This document shows, piece after piece, positions 11,101-20,009 of a stretch of 64,000 bases of DNA (positions within the stretch are counted from its first letter, which is position 1; every line of letters begins with the position of its first letter). The stretch spans positions 32,001 through 96,000 of the IMG/VR virus record IMGVR_UViG_3300042892_004016; one strand, 5' to 3'. Both the position numbers and the translations under genes were made by a program. The notes below the pieces were generated by a model that was not told where the DNA came from, made no database searches, and saw only the letters and a program-made list of their open reading frames with translations. Source of the DNA: a virus.

Positions 11101-11307
11101 CGACATTACACTGACGGGTATCCAATTTGTACTGTCATCTGGATTCTGTCCACCAAAGTCTGAGATATACACCCTGATTCTGCCAGTTCTGGCTGAGTCA
11201 ATTGTGTCTTTTACTATGCCCACCACTGGATATGGTATGTCAATTTCGCCGCCTTTGTTGGGCTTGTACGCGGCGCTGGTGCCTCTGATCTTAGGTACGT
11301 TATCCAT
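8173..11307 (-). CDS. gp5: Baseplate hub/spike protein, gp5-like (OB-fold + beta-helix + degenerate lysozyme-like region + Ala-rich tail; 1044 aa)
   Basis: GIVKDTIDSARTGRIRVYI...W..V...PF.G...SYGFW..PPD.NSEV.C.F (gp5/VgrG OB-fold); GHSFVMDDGD...RLRT.TGHQI.LSD and beta-helix repeats. Confidence 0.75.
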   Translation of the reverse strand: MDNVPKIRGTSAAYKPNKGGEIDIPYPVVGIVKDTIDSARTGRIRVYISDFGGQNPDDSTNWIPVSVMSPFYGITQGDSVNKTSFGTYTENSHSYGFWSQPPDINSEVVCVFINAKRNRGFYIGSIPRPGMTHMVPAVGASPVIVPNATEAEGYGGATTLPVTEFNDSNTKLSESVAFFNEPRPIHSFVAGQLFQQGLIRDPIRGTVTSSAMRESPSRVFGISTPGRPIYKGGLTGTEPEVASRITNATSQELKIIGRRGGHSFVMDDGDIQGRNQMVRLRTSTGHQITLSDDGQTLFIVHANGQSYVELGKEGTIDLYATNSVNIRTQGDLNFHADNNINLNAKKALNIYGEQININSDADTNIRVGTEFSQHTLGDHTVKVEKAMSIDSKGDASLASSKTTFINGGPTINLNTGSTALKPKEVKPIGITAHPDTLFDKVKGWITAPALLTSITSRAPAHSPWINSNLGVDVKVNSNASSTLPAEPSTAISNINNSVDPAPDNPTTPTLAATVPTGDAVSAFIDKNTTNALVSQSAVTAATDPKIAAAIKGTGIVTDLAGTKMAVLGALGHTPAQLEQAGILKPGAADLVNSLTNGGATLAKAIPSNLFTGKDNINNVEQFLGSPKVQVGAQVTLMQQGLGQLQSAGIITGKESPAQIAGLVTSTATHGIAATAAFVNSVSSNITSLPGVQGGLGALSPSMLKSPIANTISAGNFAAGMADKVTGAAGKLLGSLKSGATAVADQVKGAAASAFAAVKSTMVALKAGVEQNLTTIKAEAEAAKAKAAATTLPGVQGSAGQLGGDLAASAKNKIAPFTLKDAAGAVGSAISGTVKSVVGGVTGAVSTVGNLIDKAKQGSALGTANPVTTAAQTAMANLNNTSGVNLNLSALKQNPNLGLDALAAAGMDASQLANLNNSVASLSSGSAATIKLPTLAINTVDRGEMNAQAALLLGPGIPLPITAGGTANIKPPSPELQKQYSTLKKELNIKQDVKWDLSKAVYKAQKAYGPDSADAVEAEAQYKQCLARIQEIQTEMGDITKQMLA

Positions 11308-11317
11308 GTTTTTTCAA

Positions 11318-13996
11318 TTAAATTGTAAAGGAACTTCTGGGAGAGTAGCCCTGAGCATCAGCCACTGTTGTACTGTTGTCATCGTCAGCAGTTTGTTTGC
11401 CAGCAGTGTTGGTTCCCAGTACACCTTGACCACCCTGTACACCAAATAAACCTGATGTAGTTGCTGTTTTTGCGGATGCAGGCACTGATGCGTTTGCTGC
11501 ATTTGGTGGGGTTTCCACTGGAGTCCCAACAATAGTTCCGGGTGCGGCTGAGCCTGTTGGTTTAGTCAATCCAGGTACGAGTTTAGCTAGAACTGCGCGA
11601 TTGGTTTCCTCCACATAGGCAGTGCCTGCTGACTTACTCAACTCAGATTTAAATGGAGGACTCCACAGTACCAAATTTAAATCTTGTGTAAAGCGCCCAC
11701 GTGAGAAGGTAGAACTAACATCGTTTACCAAATATGAGATACCCTCAATTTTTAATTCAGGTGGATAACGGTAAACTTCTACCTGATTATTAATAGGCAT
11801 CAATCCAGTACTAGTATCATAATCACTGACCTCATTGAAACTTATCTCTATAAATATCTGACCAGCATGTGCATTTATAGAATAATCTTCACCATAGAAT
11901 TTTTTATACACCTGATACTCCATGCCCATTGTGGTCATCAAATAATCTGGATCTCCCAGTATAGATATCTTAGCTAGTGCCTTATCTCCCGGGCTGTACA
12001 AACTGGTTTTTACTGTGGCCGCTGCCTGACCAGCCAAGTTGTTGAGACCTGAGTCTGACTGATCGCTTCTGGCACCCACATTAACCTCAACTGGAGGAGA
12101 TGTGTTGTCAGCGGGTTGTCGTAAAGAATTCATGTAGTACAACGAATTATATGTTTGTTCGTAATTTATAATCTCGTTATTCTCACCAGTGTATATGTAC
12201 TTGTATCTTTTGTGAGCACCGTGGTACTGTGTAGTTTTAGATACATATGCTGATCTTACATACGGCACCAGATATTCTCTTACTTGATATGTTATGCTAT
12301 ACGCCATACCACACGTTATCTCATCGTACCCCAATGACTCTACTATTGGCACAATAATGTACCACTTGAGTGGTTTCGGGTTGGCGTTAACCTCTACCTG
12401 ATTGCCCGCGTCTGACTCCGTTTGAAAACTATTGAGTGCATCACGGACATAAGAACTCTGACTTATGATATTATCAATGATCTGAGTCACAGAGGCACCT
12501 GCGGTAACCTGATAGGTCTGTGTGGTTTTATCAAAATTTAGCCCCAGTGAATTTTTGTCATTGGCCTCAGATATGTTGGCATTATTGTTAATGGGGGACT
12601 TGTATTTGGGAATGTCGTTTGAATTTACCAACTTGGCGTCAGCAATATCTTTACTATTAGGTCCCACAAAATCAATGTGGTATATGTTGGGCATCTGTAT
12701 CAGCTTGTTGCCTGGAGAAGCATTAAACTTGGCCTGCTCCTGTGCGTTCATGACTCCTGTCAAGCTGTAGTTGGTCTTACCAGATAATATTTCGGCTACC
12801 GTACCACCTTTAATATCTAAATGACTTTTTATCGTGTTCTTCAATACGCCGGCTGCCACGTTCATGGACACCGTTTGTGCTTTTATTGAATACGTGGTTG
12901 CTCTGCCATCTAACTTAAAATTCAAGTGAGTTAGGTATATGGGAAAATACCTGGGGAACAGGGAGCCGTCATTTTTTGAATCTGCGGCCGGAGTGATTCC
13001 TTTTGATACGTTACCCGCAGAATCATACCCGTAAAACTTTATACCCAGCATGTAGTGTTGCTGCATATGATGCGCTGCTTTTTTTATTCCTGGCAGGTTA
13101 GATTTGTTAATGGTATCAAGTGCTGCAGCTTTTAATTGTGAAACAAAACTAAATCCATATGGCTCGTATATTTTGAATTCGAAGTCAACAGAATCCACGA
13201 TGGGACCATCACTGACCTTGGTGCTGCAGAATGTTTTGAAGGTCAAGTCATCTATGTAAAAATCCAATGGGAAAGGACCTGTTCCAGTTTTAGCAGAGCC
13301 GCCTGATTGGCATACCAGGATGAACTTGGAAGTATCAACTTTTCCACTAGTGGTAAAATCAGCGTAGCTTTCAGGTGTAATCATGTACAATGATATGTTA
13401 TAGGTGTAACTGGATAGCTGGCTTAATGGGTTGTAATCACGGGCTCCAGGCTGATCCACAGCGGGGCCAGCTGCTGCAGCACCATTAGCTGTACCAGCAG
13501 TTACAGGTTTGGCTGCATCATCTCCTGTTGCAACTGGTGGTGCCTCTTTGGCGATGGGGGTGGGGGCGTCTGGTCCGGCCGAGTTGTTCGCCGCTGCCGC
13601 TGATTTCTTCTCTACCGCCGCGGCTTTCGTTTCTTCATTAGATTTTGCTGTAGTTACTGCATTGTTTAAGGTTTCTTTAAATAATATGGTGTTAGCATTT
13701 ATTGCGGTTGCATCGGCTGTCTGACGTATTATTTCTGCCCGAAGTAAGAGCTTTTCTGATCCATTCGGCATCGCATTTACCGCAGCTATATGGGCATCAT
13801 AACTTTGCTCGATGGTGTTAAAATATTGCGTTTTATTTTCGGCACTAGCTGCATCTCTTTTTTCTTTTAAGGCACTGTACCGTGCAAAAGCATCGGTTGA
13901 TTTAGGATCTATTGAATCAAATTCACTTTGAAAGCCAGCCTGCTTATTTTTTACATTAACATAAAATTGCCTAGCTAAATCCACAATAGCTGTCAT
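11318..13996 (-). CDS. Probable baseplate hub protein (gp27/Mu gp44-like; 892 aa)
   Basis: NPLSQLSSYTYNISLY, DFYIDDL, FKIYEPYG.SF and late I.ILGDPDYL...YLV..V.STFSRGRFTQDL motifs; position between gp53-like and gp5-like genes. Confidence 0.55.
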   Translation of the reverse strand: MTAIVDLARQFYVNVKNKQAGFQSEFDSIDPKSTDAFARYSALKEKRDAASAENKTQYFNTIEQSYDAHIAAVNAMPNGSEKLLLRAEIIRQTADATAINANTILFKETLNNAVTTAKSNEETKAAAVEKKSAAAANNSAGPDAPTPIAKEAPPVATGDDAAKPVTAGTANGAAAAGPAVDQPGARDYNPLSQLSSYTYNISLYMITPESYADFTTSGKVDTSKFILVCQSGGSAKTGTGPFPLDFYIDDLTFKTFCSTKVSDGPIVDSVDFEFKIYEPYGFSFVSQLKAAALDTINKSNLPGIKKAAHHMQQHYMLGIKFYGYDSAGNVSKGITPAADSKNDGSLFPRYFPIYLTHLNFKLDGRATTYSIKAQTVSMNVAAGVLKNTIKSHLDIKGGTVAEILSGKTNYSLTGVMNAQEQAKFNASPGNKLIQMPNIYHIDFVGPNSKDIADAKLVNSNDIPKYKSPINNNANISEANDKNSLGLNFDKTTQTYQVTAGASVTQIIDNIISQSSYVRDALNSFQTESDAGNQVEVNANPKPLKWYIIVPIVESLGYDEITCGMAYSITYQVREYLVPYVRSAYVSKTTQYHGAHKRYKYIYTGENNEIINYEQTYNSLYYMNSLRQPADNTSPPVEVNVGARSDQSDSGLNNLAGQAAATVKTSLYSPGDKALAKISILGDPDYLMTTMGMEYQVYKKFYGEDYSINAHAGQIFIEISFNEVSDYDTSTGLMPINNQVEVYRYPPELKIEGISYLVNDVSSTFSRGRFTQDLNLVLWSPPFKSELSKSAGTAYVEETNRAVLAKLVPGLTKPTGSAAPGTIVGTPVETPPNAANASVPASAKTATTSGLFGVQGGQGVLGTNTAGKQTADDDNSTTVADAQGYSPRSSFTI

Positions 13997-13997
13997 A

Positions 13998-14294
13998 TTA
14001 TAATCCCAACGCTTCTCTTAGGGAGTTTAACTGTGGTAAGTATATGCTGGTGCCAGCAACAAAATCAAACAAGGGATCTTTGATTCTGTTGGGGTTTCTG
14101 GCGGCAAATACCCACCACAAACTTGAATCATCATATATATCGTTTGCCAGCAGATCAGGACGATACTCGTATGTTGGCGTTATAGTCCAATAGGTATCCA
14201 ACTGATTCTTGGGTATGTGCCGATCAGCCATAATGTCTAAAAATTGATTATTTACTATAATGGTGTTATAGTAGGGACTAGTTGATTTATACAT
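13998..14294 (-). CDS. gp53: Small baseplate wedge protein, gp53/LysM-like
   Basis: YEYRPDLLANDIYDDSSLWWVFAARNP...G.SIYLP motif. Confidence 0.7.
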   Translation of the reverse strand: MYKSTSPYYNTIIVNNQFLDIMADRHIPKNQLDTYWTITPTYEYRPDLLANDIYDDSSLWWVFAARNPNRIKDPLFDFVAGTSIYLPQLNSLREALGL

Positions 14295-15517
14295 TACCAG
14301 AATCCTCCAAAGCCGCCGTCTTTTCTTGTTGAGCCATTCATCAGTTCTCCTGTTGCATATTTTTGTAAACTAAATTTATTACTGACATCATTCCTAGACA
14401 CCACTGGTGAACACAGCAACTGAATTGTAATTTTTGTGGGTACATACGATGCTAATCCCAAGTTGCCCTCACTCTTAAACACTGGTGGCGGCGTGGCCGC
14501 TGCTGGCTGAACGTTAGATCCAAATAATCTAGATAGCTTGGATGATAAGAATCCTTTCTTGGGGGCAGCGGCGCCAATAATGCTGCCTCTATCAAACGCT
14601 GCTAATCCTGAAGCGGTTAAACCGGCTGGATCTCCTGCGCGAATGTAGTCAACATCATTGGGTAAACTATAAGTAAAGTTGGTTATAACCAATGGGTGTT
14701 TATCGAATTGATATTGGCCGTATCCCGACAAATAACACAGTGGGGGAGGTGTACCTCTTATGGGTGATGAATCTTTCCCATAAAACATCTTGGTCACAGA
14801 CTTGAAAAAATGTATCACTGCCAGCATATAGTTAGCTTCGTTGGTGTCTTGCGCTGTGAATTCTGCGCTTATTGAGATGTCACCCACACTGCTATTTCTG
14901 TATTGAAATATTTTATAGTTAGTATGTGTCAGTTCAACTGGATCATAGCTGGCAGCATATGATACACTGATTGTGGGAGTATAGGGGAAAACCACTCCAC
15001 TGGTGGCCACCAGTGGACGTAAGATGCTTGCTTCGCCTTCCTTAAGTCCTTTGTACAAATAATCTGCATTTGGTGCTAAACTTAGTTTAACTCGCCAATC
15101 ATTGGACTTACCACCAGATATGTCAGCACCCGTAGTCTTCTTGGTGGCAGTCACCGTAGGAGTAGTAGTGGCCGTGATAGTGGGAGCTGCATTGGCAGTG
15201 ATTCCTGCCAAAATACCAGCACTGCCCGCAATGGGTTTTTGCTCTTGCGCTACTACAGGAGCAGCACCAATTGCTCCCACTGAAATTGCACTGTACTTTA
15301 GTGAATCCAGATCAATTGGTTGTGGGGCAGATATTGGCATAGTTGGTTCAACAAAGTTCACCTGCCCGTTTGCACCACCAGAAATAGCATTGTACTTTAA
15401 CGTGTCATTGGAGATCGGGGCAGCCACTGACACCAAAGATGAGGGATCAATAGCTGGTTCGGTTACCCCAAACGCTATATCTTTTACAAACGGTGGTGTT
15501 GATATTGTATCTGCCAT
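14294..15517 (-). CDS. Probable baseplate-tail tube initiator (gp48/gp54-like; 407 aa)
   Basis: GVVFPYTPTI.VSY.A.Y....THTNY....Y.NS.V..I.I.AEFTAQD, G.PPP.C.L.GYG.YQF...P.VI.NF.YSLP.DVDY: tube-like fold motifs; first gene of the baseplate operon. Confidence 0.55.
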   Translation of the reverse strand: MADTISTPPFVKDIAFGVTEPAIDPSSLVSVAAPISNDTLKYNAISGGANGQVNFVEPTMPISAPQPIDLDSLKYSAISVGAIGAAPVVAQEQKPIAGSAGILAGITANAAPTITATTTPTVTATKKTTGADISGGKSNDWRVKLSLAPNADYLYKGLKEGEASILRPLVATSGVVFPYTPTISVSYAASYDPVELTHTNYKIFQYRNSSVGDISISAEFTAQDTNEANYMLAVIHFFKSVTKMFYGKDSSPIRGTPPPLCYLSGYGQYQFDKHPLVITNFTYSLPNDVDYIRAGDPAGLTASGLAAFDRGSIIGAAAPKKGFLSSKLSRLFGSNVQPAAATPPPVFKSEGNLGLASYVPTKITIQLLCSPVVSRNDVSNKFSLQKYATGELMNGSTRKDGGFGGFW

Positions 15518-15538
15518 GATTATTCCCTGTCCTTCTAG

Positions 15539-15544
15539 TATTTA
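15539..15544 (-). promoter_or_regulatory. Putative late promoter (GC)TAAATA driving the leftward baseplate operon
   Basis: Motif 21 nt upstream of ATG 15517, followed by purine-rich SD-like AAGGA. Confidence 0.65.
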
Positions 15545-15548
15545 GCCA

Positions 15549-15554
15549 TAAATA
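15549..15554 (+). promoter_or_regulatory. Putative late promoter (CA)TAAATA facing gp55
   Basis: Back-to-back with the leftward motif. Confidence 0.45.
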
Positions 15555-15588
15555 TTAGTGGTATTTTTACCTTTCTCCAAGAAATATA

Positions 15589-15618
15589 TTGCATTTCTAT
15601 TACGAAATATGTTATACT
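15589..15618 (+). promoter_or_regulatory. Sigma70-type promoter for gp55 (TTGCAT-18-TATACT, extended -10 TG)
   Basis: -35 TTGCAT 15589-15594; TGnTATACT 15610-15618. Confidence 0.6.
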
Positions 15619-15654
15619 TGTCCCAGTGACACAGTTCTAACCTAACCCTTACAT

Positions 15655-16548
15655 ATGAGCATACCAACTAAAAAACCCGTAAACTACTTAAATAACAAAG
15701 ATATTTTGAAGGAAATACACGCCAGCAAGAATTCATATTGCGTGTTTTTGGATCAATCTATCGACCACAGATACGACTTTATCGTAGATATGCCACAGAG
15801 CAGCGTAGAAGACAGCTTGGATTTTGCACTCTCTCCGGAGACTATTCAACAAGCAAAAGAAACCAGAGCCACCAGACTTACCCTATTATCTGGGGCGGCA
15901 GTCAAGCATGAGGACATTCCTGTTACAGATTTGGTGTTCAGGGTAATGACTTGGAGTCATATCCCAGTTGCCCCAAAACAGCCAAGAAAAGTAGACAAGA
16001 AGAAAACTGCCAAAGATATCTTTGAGTTTGAAGATCAGACTGACGAAATCTTTGCAGAGCTGGAAGACCCAATTACTGCAGCAGAAGTTGATGACATGGT
16101 ACACGTGAAGGTTAACTTTCCACCGTTCCAGCATTTCAGATTAGACGATACCAATACGTTCCGATGCATTGGTAAAAGTCACTGGTTGGGAGATTTGGAA
16201 ACAGGATCGTTCAATAAAGATCAAGGCAATATCACAAACAAGTTAGCCAGAATGTACATCATGCTGTGTGAAAAGTATGCCATGAAGTTCAATTGGCGTG
16301 GATACACATACAACGATGAGATGCGCAACAGTGCTATCTTACAGCTAACTTATGTTGGTCTCAGGTTCAACGAAGCCAAGAGTGCAAACCCATTTGCTTA
16401 CTACACAGCAGCTATTACCAATAGTTTCTGTCGTGTGTTGAACACCGAAAAGCGTAGCCAAAATATACGTGATGACATTTTGGAACTCAATGGGTTGAAT
16501 CCAAGTTGGAGTAGACAGAATACCAGTACTTCTTCCTACGAGGAATAA
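15655..16548 (+). CDS. gp55: Late-transcription sigma factor, T4 gp55-like (297 aa)
   Basis: NYLNNKDIL N-terminus; NWRGYTYNDEM...RFNEAKSANPFAYYT.AI.NSF.R...EK motif; immediately upstream of gp47/gp46. Confidence 0.85.
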   Translation: MSIPTKKPVNYLNNKDILKEIHASKNSYCVFLDQSIDHRYDFIVDMPQSSVEDSLDFALSPETIQQAKETRATRLTLLSGAAVKHEDIPVTDLVFRVMTWSHIPVAPKQPRKVDKKKTAKDIFEFEDQTDEIFAELEDPITAAEVDDMVHVKVNFPPFQHFRLDDTNTFRCIGKSHWLGDLETGSFNKDQGNITNKLARMYIMLCEKYAMKFNWRGYTYNDEMRNSAILQLTYVGLRFNEAKSANPFAYYTAAITNSFCRVLNTEKRSQNIRDDILELNGLNPSWSRQNTSTSSYEE

Positions 16549-16559
16549 TACCAATCTGC

Positions 16560-16588
16560 TTGTTATCAGGCCCAACGTCTGTTATAAT
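16560..16588 (+). promoter_or_regulatory. Sigma70-type promoter for gp47 (TTGTTA-17-TATAAT, extended -10); probably leaderless
   Basis: -35 at 16560-16565, TGnTATAAT ending 16588, ATG only 6 nt later, no SD. Confidence 0.65.
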
Positions 16589-16594
16589 TAACAC

Positions 16595-17608
16595 ATGAAC
16601 CTATTTAAAAAAGCAGCAATTTTCACAGATATACATTATGGACTTAAGAGCAACAGTTTACAGCATAATACCGATTGCGAGAATTTTGTAGATTGGTTTA
16701 TAGCTCATGCAAAACGTGAGGGATGTGAAACTTGTTTGTTTTTGGGTGACTTCAATCATCATCGTGCCAGTATCAATATTCAAACTCTGCAGTTTGGGTT
16801 GCGTGCCTTAGAAAAACTAAGTGCAAACTTTGATACTGTGTACTTTATTCCAGGCAATCATGATTTATATTATCGTGATCGCAGAGACATTCACTCAGTT
16901 GAGTGGGCCAAGCATTTGCCAAATGTAGTTATTGTCAATGACTGGTTCACTCAGGGTGATGTTACTATTGCTCCCTGGTTAGTTCAAGACGATCATAAAA
17001 AATTACCCAAGCTAAGTGGCAAGTATCTGTTTGGTCACTTTGAGTTGCCCAACTTCTACATGAACGCCAAAGTTCTGATGCCTGACCACGGTGAGATCAG
17101 AGATGAGCACATGAGTGGTTTTGAAATGGCCTTCAGTGGACATTTTCATCATCGCCAAGCCAGAAAAAACATCTGGTACATTGGCAATGCCTTCCCACAC
17201 AACTATGCTGATGCAGGCGACGATGCTCGTGGCATGATGATATTGGATTGGGGACAAGAGCCTGAGTTTCACAGCTGGCCCAATCAACCACTGTTTCGTG
17301 TACACAAACTCAGCGATGTGCTGGAAAATCCTGAGGGATTGTTGTTGCCCAACAGTCATGTTAGAGTACACTTGGATATTGATATCAGCTACGAAGAAGC
17401 AAACTTTATACGAGAAACTCTGATTCCAAAACATAATTTACGTGAAATGGCATTGATTCCCATGAAACTGGATCAACTTGAAGCAGGAAACGACATTGCT
17501 GGATTGAGATTTGAGGGAGTTGATCAGATCGTTACTGAAAGCATTAACGCTATTGAAAGTGATAGCTTTGACAAAAAAATACTGCTGGATATCTATAATA
17601 ACCTATGA
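16595..17608 (+). CDS. gp47: Recombination endonuclease subunit (Mre11/SbcD-like metallophosphoesterase)
   Basis: DIH, GD, GNHD, GHFE and SGHFH calcineurin-like phosphoesterase motifs. Confidence 0.92.
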   Translation: MNLFKKAAIFTDIHYGLKSNSLQHNTDCENFVDWFIAHAKREGCETCLFLGDFNHHRASINIQTLQFGLRALEKLSANFDTVYFIPGNHDLYYRDRRDIHSVEWAKHLPNVVIVNDWFTQGDVTIAPWLVQDDHKKLPKLSGKYLFGHFELPNFYMNAKVLMPDHGEIRDEHMSGFEMAFSGHFHHRQARKNIWYIGNAFPHNYADAGDDARGMMILDWGQEPEFHSWPNQPLFRVHKLSDVLENPEGLLLPNSHVRVHLDIDISYEEANFIRETLIPKHNLREMALIPMKLDQLEAGNDIAGLRFEGVDQIVTESINAIESDSFDKKILLDIYNNL

Positions 17609-19371
17609 GCCTAACACTCAAGAACATAACACTTAAAAACTTTTTAAGCATTGGAGCTGTGTGCCAAGCAGTTAACTTTGATCAACAAGAACTGACCTTG
17701 ATTCTGGGTGAGAACCTTGACTTGGGTGGTGACGGTGCTCGCAATGGCACAGGCAAAACCAGTTTGATTCAGGCATTGAGCTATGCACTGTTTGGCATAC
17801 CAATCAACAATATTAAAAAAGACAATTTAGTAAACAGAACCAATGGTAAGAACATGGTGGTGACACTGGAGTTCAATATCAGTGGCGTTGAATACAAGAT
17901 TGTGCGCGGTCGCAAGCCCAATATTCTACAGTTCTTTATCAATGACCTAGAGCATTTGTCGCAGGACTCTGCTCAGGGTGACAGTAGAGAAACTCAAGTG
18001 GAGATTGAGCGAGTTATCAACATGAGTTCCGATATGTTCAAGCACATTGTTGCACTGAACACATACAGCGAACCGTTTCTGGCCATGCGGGCCAATGATC
18101 AACGTAACATCATTGAACAACTGTTGGGCATCACACTGTTGAGTGAGAAGGCCGAAACTATCAAGAACCTGATCAAAGAATCCAAAGACAACATACAACA
18201 AGAAGAATACAAGGTCAGAGCAATTGAAGAAGCCAACAAAAGAATCATTGAACAAATTGAGGGACTGGCCAGAAGACAGAGACTGTGGGTAACACGACAT
18301 CAAGAAGATGTGGTTGGCCTGCAGTCTGCCATTGATGAACTGTTAAAGATAGATATCACCAGTGAGATTCAAGCACATGCTGCACTGGATGTGTACAATC
18401 AGCGGGCTAAAGATATCAAGGACGTAAATGCGCTCAAGGTCAGAGCAGAACTGGACTTGACCAAAGAGTCTAAGACTCTGGACAAGTTAAAATCTGAAGT
18501 TACTTCATTGCAGAAACATGAATGCTATGCCTGTGGTCAAGATTTGCATGACGAAAAGCATGAACAGGTGTTGGCTGCTAAACAAAGGGCACTAGAAGAG
18601 GCTGCTCAGCAAGTGGTGACTACCAGTGGACAATTGGTAGAATTAACTCAGGCACTGGATGAATTGGGCGTGTTGGGCCTGGCTCCAGTGGTATTTTACG
18701 ATGACAAAGAAGATGCTATTCAACATCGCAGCAGTATTCAGAATCTTCAAGATCGTCTGGCCGCCAAAGTGGCAGAAACTGATCCATACAGCGAACAGAT
18801 TTCAGATATGGAAAACCAAGCACTACAGGCCATTGACTTTGACAAGATCAATCAGATAACCAAAACAATGGAACATCAGAAGTTCTTGTTAGATTTGTTA
18901 ACCAGCAAAGATTCGTTTGTTCGTAAAAAGATCATTGATCAAAATCTGTCTTTCTTGAATTCCAGACTCACACACTATCTGGATCGTATTGGCCTGCCTC
19001 ACCAAGTGGTTTTCTTAAATGACTTGTCAGTTGAGATTACTGAACTGGGTCGTAGTTTAGACTTTGGTAACTTGAGCCGCGGCGAGGCCAACAGACTGAT
19101 CTTGGGATTGAGTTTTGCATTCCGTGATGTGTGGGAGAATCTGTACAGTCCCATTAACACACTGTTCATTGATGAATTGATTGACAGTGGACTAGACTCC
19201 ATGGGAGTTGAAAACAGCCTAGCAGTATTGAAGTCCATGTCCAGAACCAGAAACAAATCCATATGGTTGGTCAGTCACCGTGAAGAACTTGCAGGCCGAG
19301 TTCACAGCGTATTGCGAGTAACCAAAGAAAATGGATTCACAACATACAGTACCAGTACCGAAATGGAGTAA
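17605..19371 (+). CDS. gp46: Recombination ATPase subunit (Rad50/SbcC-like)
   Basis: Walker A NGTGKT, coiled coils with CYAC zinc hook, signature LSRGE, Walker B LFIDE, H-loop VSH. Confidence 0.93.
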   Translation: MSLTLKNITLKNFLSIGAVCQAVNFDQQELTLILGENLDLGGDGARNGTGKTSLIQALSYALFGIPINNIKKDNLVNRTNGKNMVVTLEFNISGVEYKIVRGRKPNILQFFINDLEHLSQDSAQGDSRETQVEIERVINMSSDMFKHIVALNTYSEPFLAMRANDQRNIIEQLLGITLLSEKAETIKNLIKESKDNIQQEEYKVRAIEEANKRIIEQIEGLARRQRLWVTRHQEDVVGLQSAIDELLKIDITSEIQAHAALDVYNQRAKDIKDVNALKVRAELDLTKESKTLDKLKSEVTSLQKHECYACGQDLHDEKHEQVLAAKQRALEEAAQQVVTTSGQLVELTQALDELGVLGLAPVVFYDDKEDAIQHRSSIQNLQDRLAAKVAETDPYSEQISDMENQALQAIDFDKINQITKTMEHQKFLLDLLTSKDSFVRKKIIDQNLSFLNSRLTHYLDRIGLPHQVVFLNDLSVEITELGRSLDFGNLSRGEANRLILGLSFAFRDVWENLYSPINTLFIDELIDSGLDSMGVENSLAVLKSMSRTRNKSIWLVSHREELAGRVHSVLRVTKENGFTTYSTSTEME

Positions 19372-19417
19372 AATATGCTGCTATTCCAAATAAAATTTCA
19401 ATAGCGCATAAGTAAGA

Positions 19418-19423
19418 TAAGTA
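19418..19423 (+). promoter_or_regulatory. Putative late promoter (GA)TAAGTA, 5 nt before ATG (leaderless)
   Basis: TAAGTA-taaac-ATG; a second CATAAGTA lies 9 nt upstream. Confidence 0.5.
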
Positions 19424-19428
19424 TAAAC

Positions 19429-19986
19429 ATGAGTTCACCGAGCAAAAATAAAGGATCAGGATTTGAGCGAGAAATCGCCAAGTTCTTGTCTGAATCATAC
19501 AGCGAAAGTTTCATCAGAGCACCGGGATCTGGAGCGTATGTGGGAGGTAAGAATCAAAGCCGCACTGAAGTTTTGCATGCTGGTCAGATTCGCAGTTTCA
19601 AAGGGGACATCGTTCCCGGAGAAAGCTTTCCCAAATTCAATGCTGAATGCAAGTTCTACGGTGATTTCACATTCCACTTATTACTCAACGGAGAACATAA
19701 GGTTTTAGATAGTTGGATAGAGCAACTGCTAGCAGTGGCTGATCCAGGTGATCTAAATATACTTTTTATGAAATTTAACAGGAAAGGTCGTTATGTACTT
19801 GTACAGTGCGAGCTTACTTGGATCACTGATAATTTCTTCTTTTACGGAAGTAAAAAACACGGTGATTGGTACCTTATGGAATTTGATAGTTTTTTCAAGC
19901 ACAACACAGATTTAGTTAAATTATACTCCGGCTCACCAGACACCACGTCAATTCACAGCAGTACACCCAACACAGAAGTAGTTTAA
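19429..19986 (+). CDS. Holliday junction resolvase-like PD-(D/E)xK nuclease (Hjc type)
   Basis: KNKGSGFERE...R.PGSGA...GDI...ECK motif pattern; follows gp46. Confidence 0.75.
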   Translation: MSSPSKNKGSGFEREIAKFLSESYSESFIRAPGSGAYVGGKNQSRTEVLHAGQIRSFKGDIVPGESFPKFNAECKFYGDFTFHLLLNGEHKVLDSWIEQLLAVADPGDLNILFMKFNRKGRYVLVQCELTWITDNFFFYGSKKHGDWYLMEFDSFFKHNTDLVKLYSGSPDTTSIHSSTPNTEVV

Positions 19987-20009
19987 ACACAACAGCAGTA
20001 AAAAAATTA

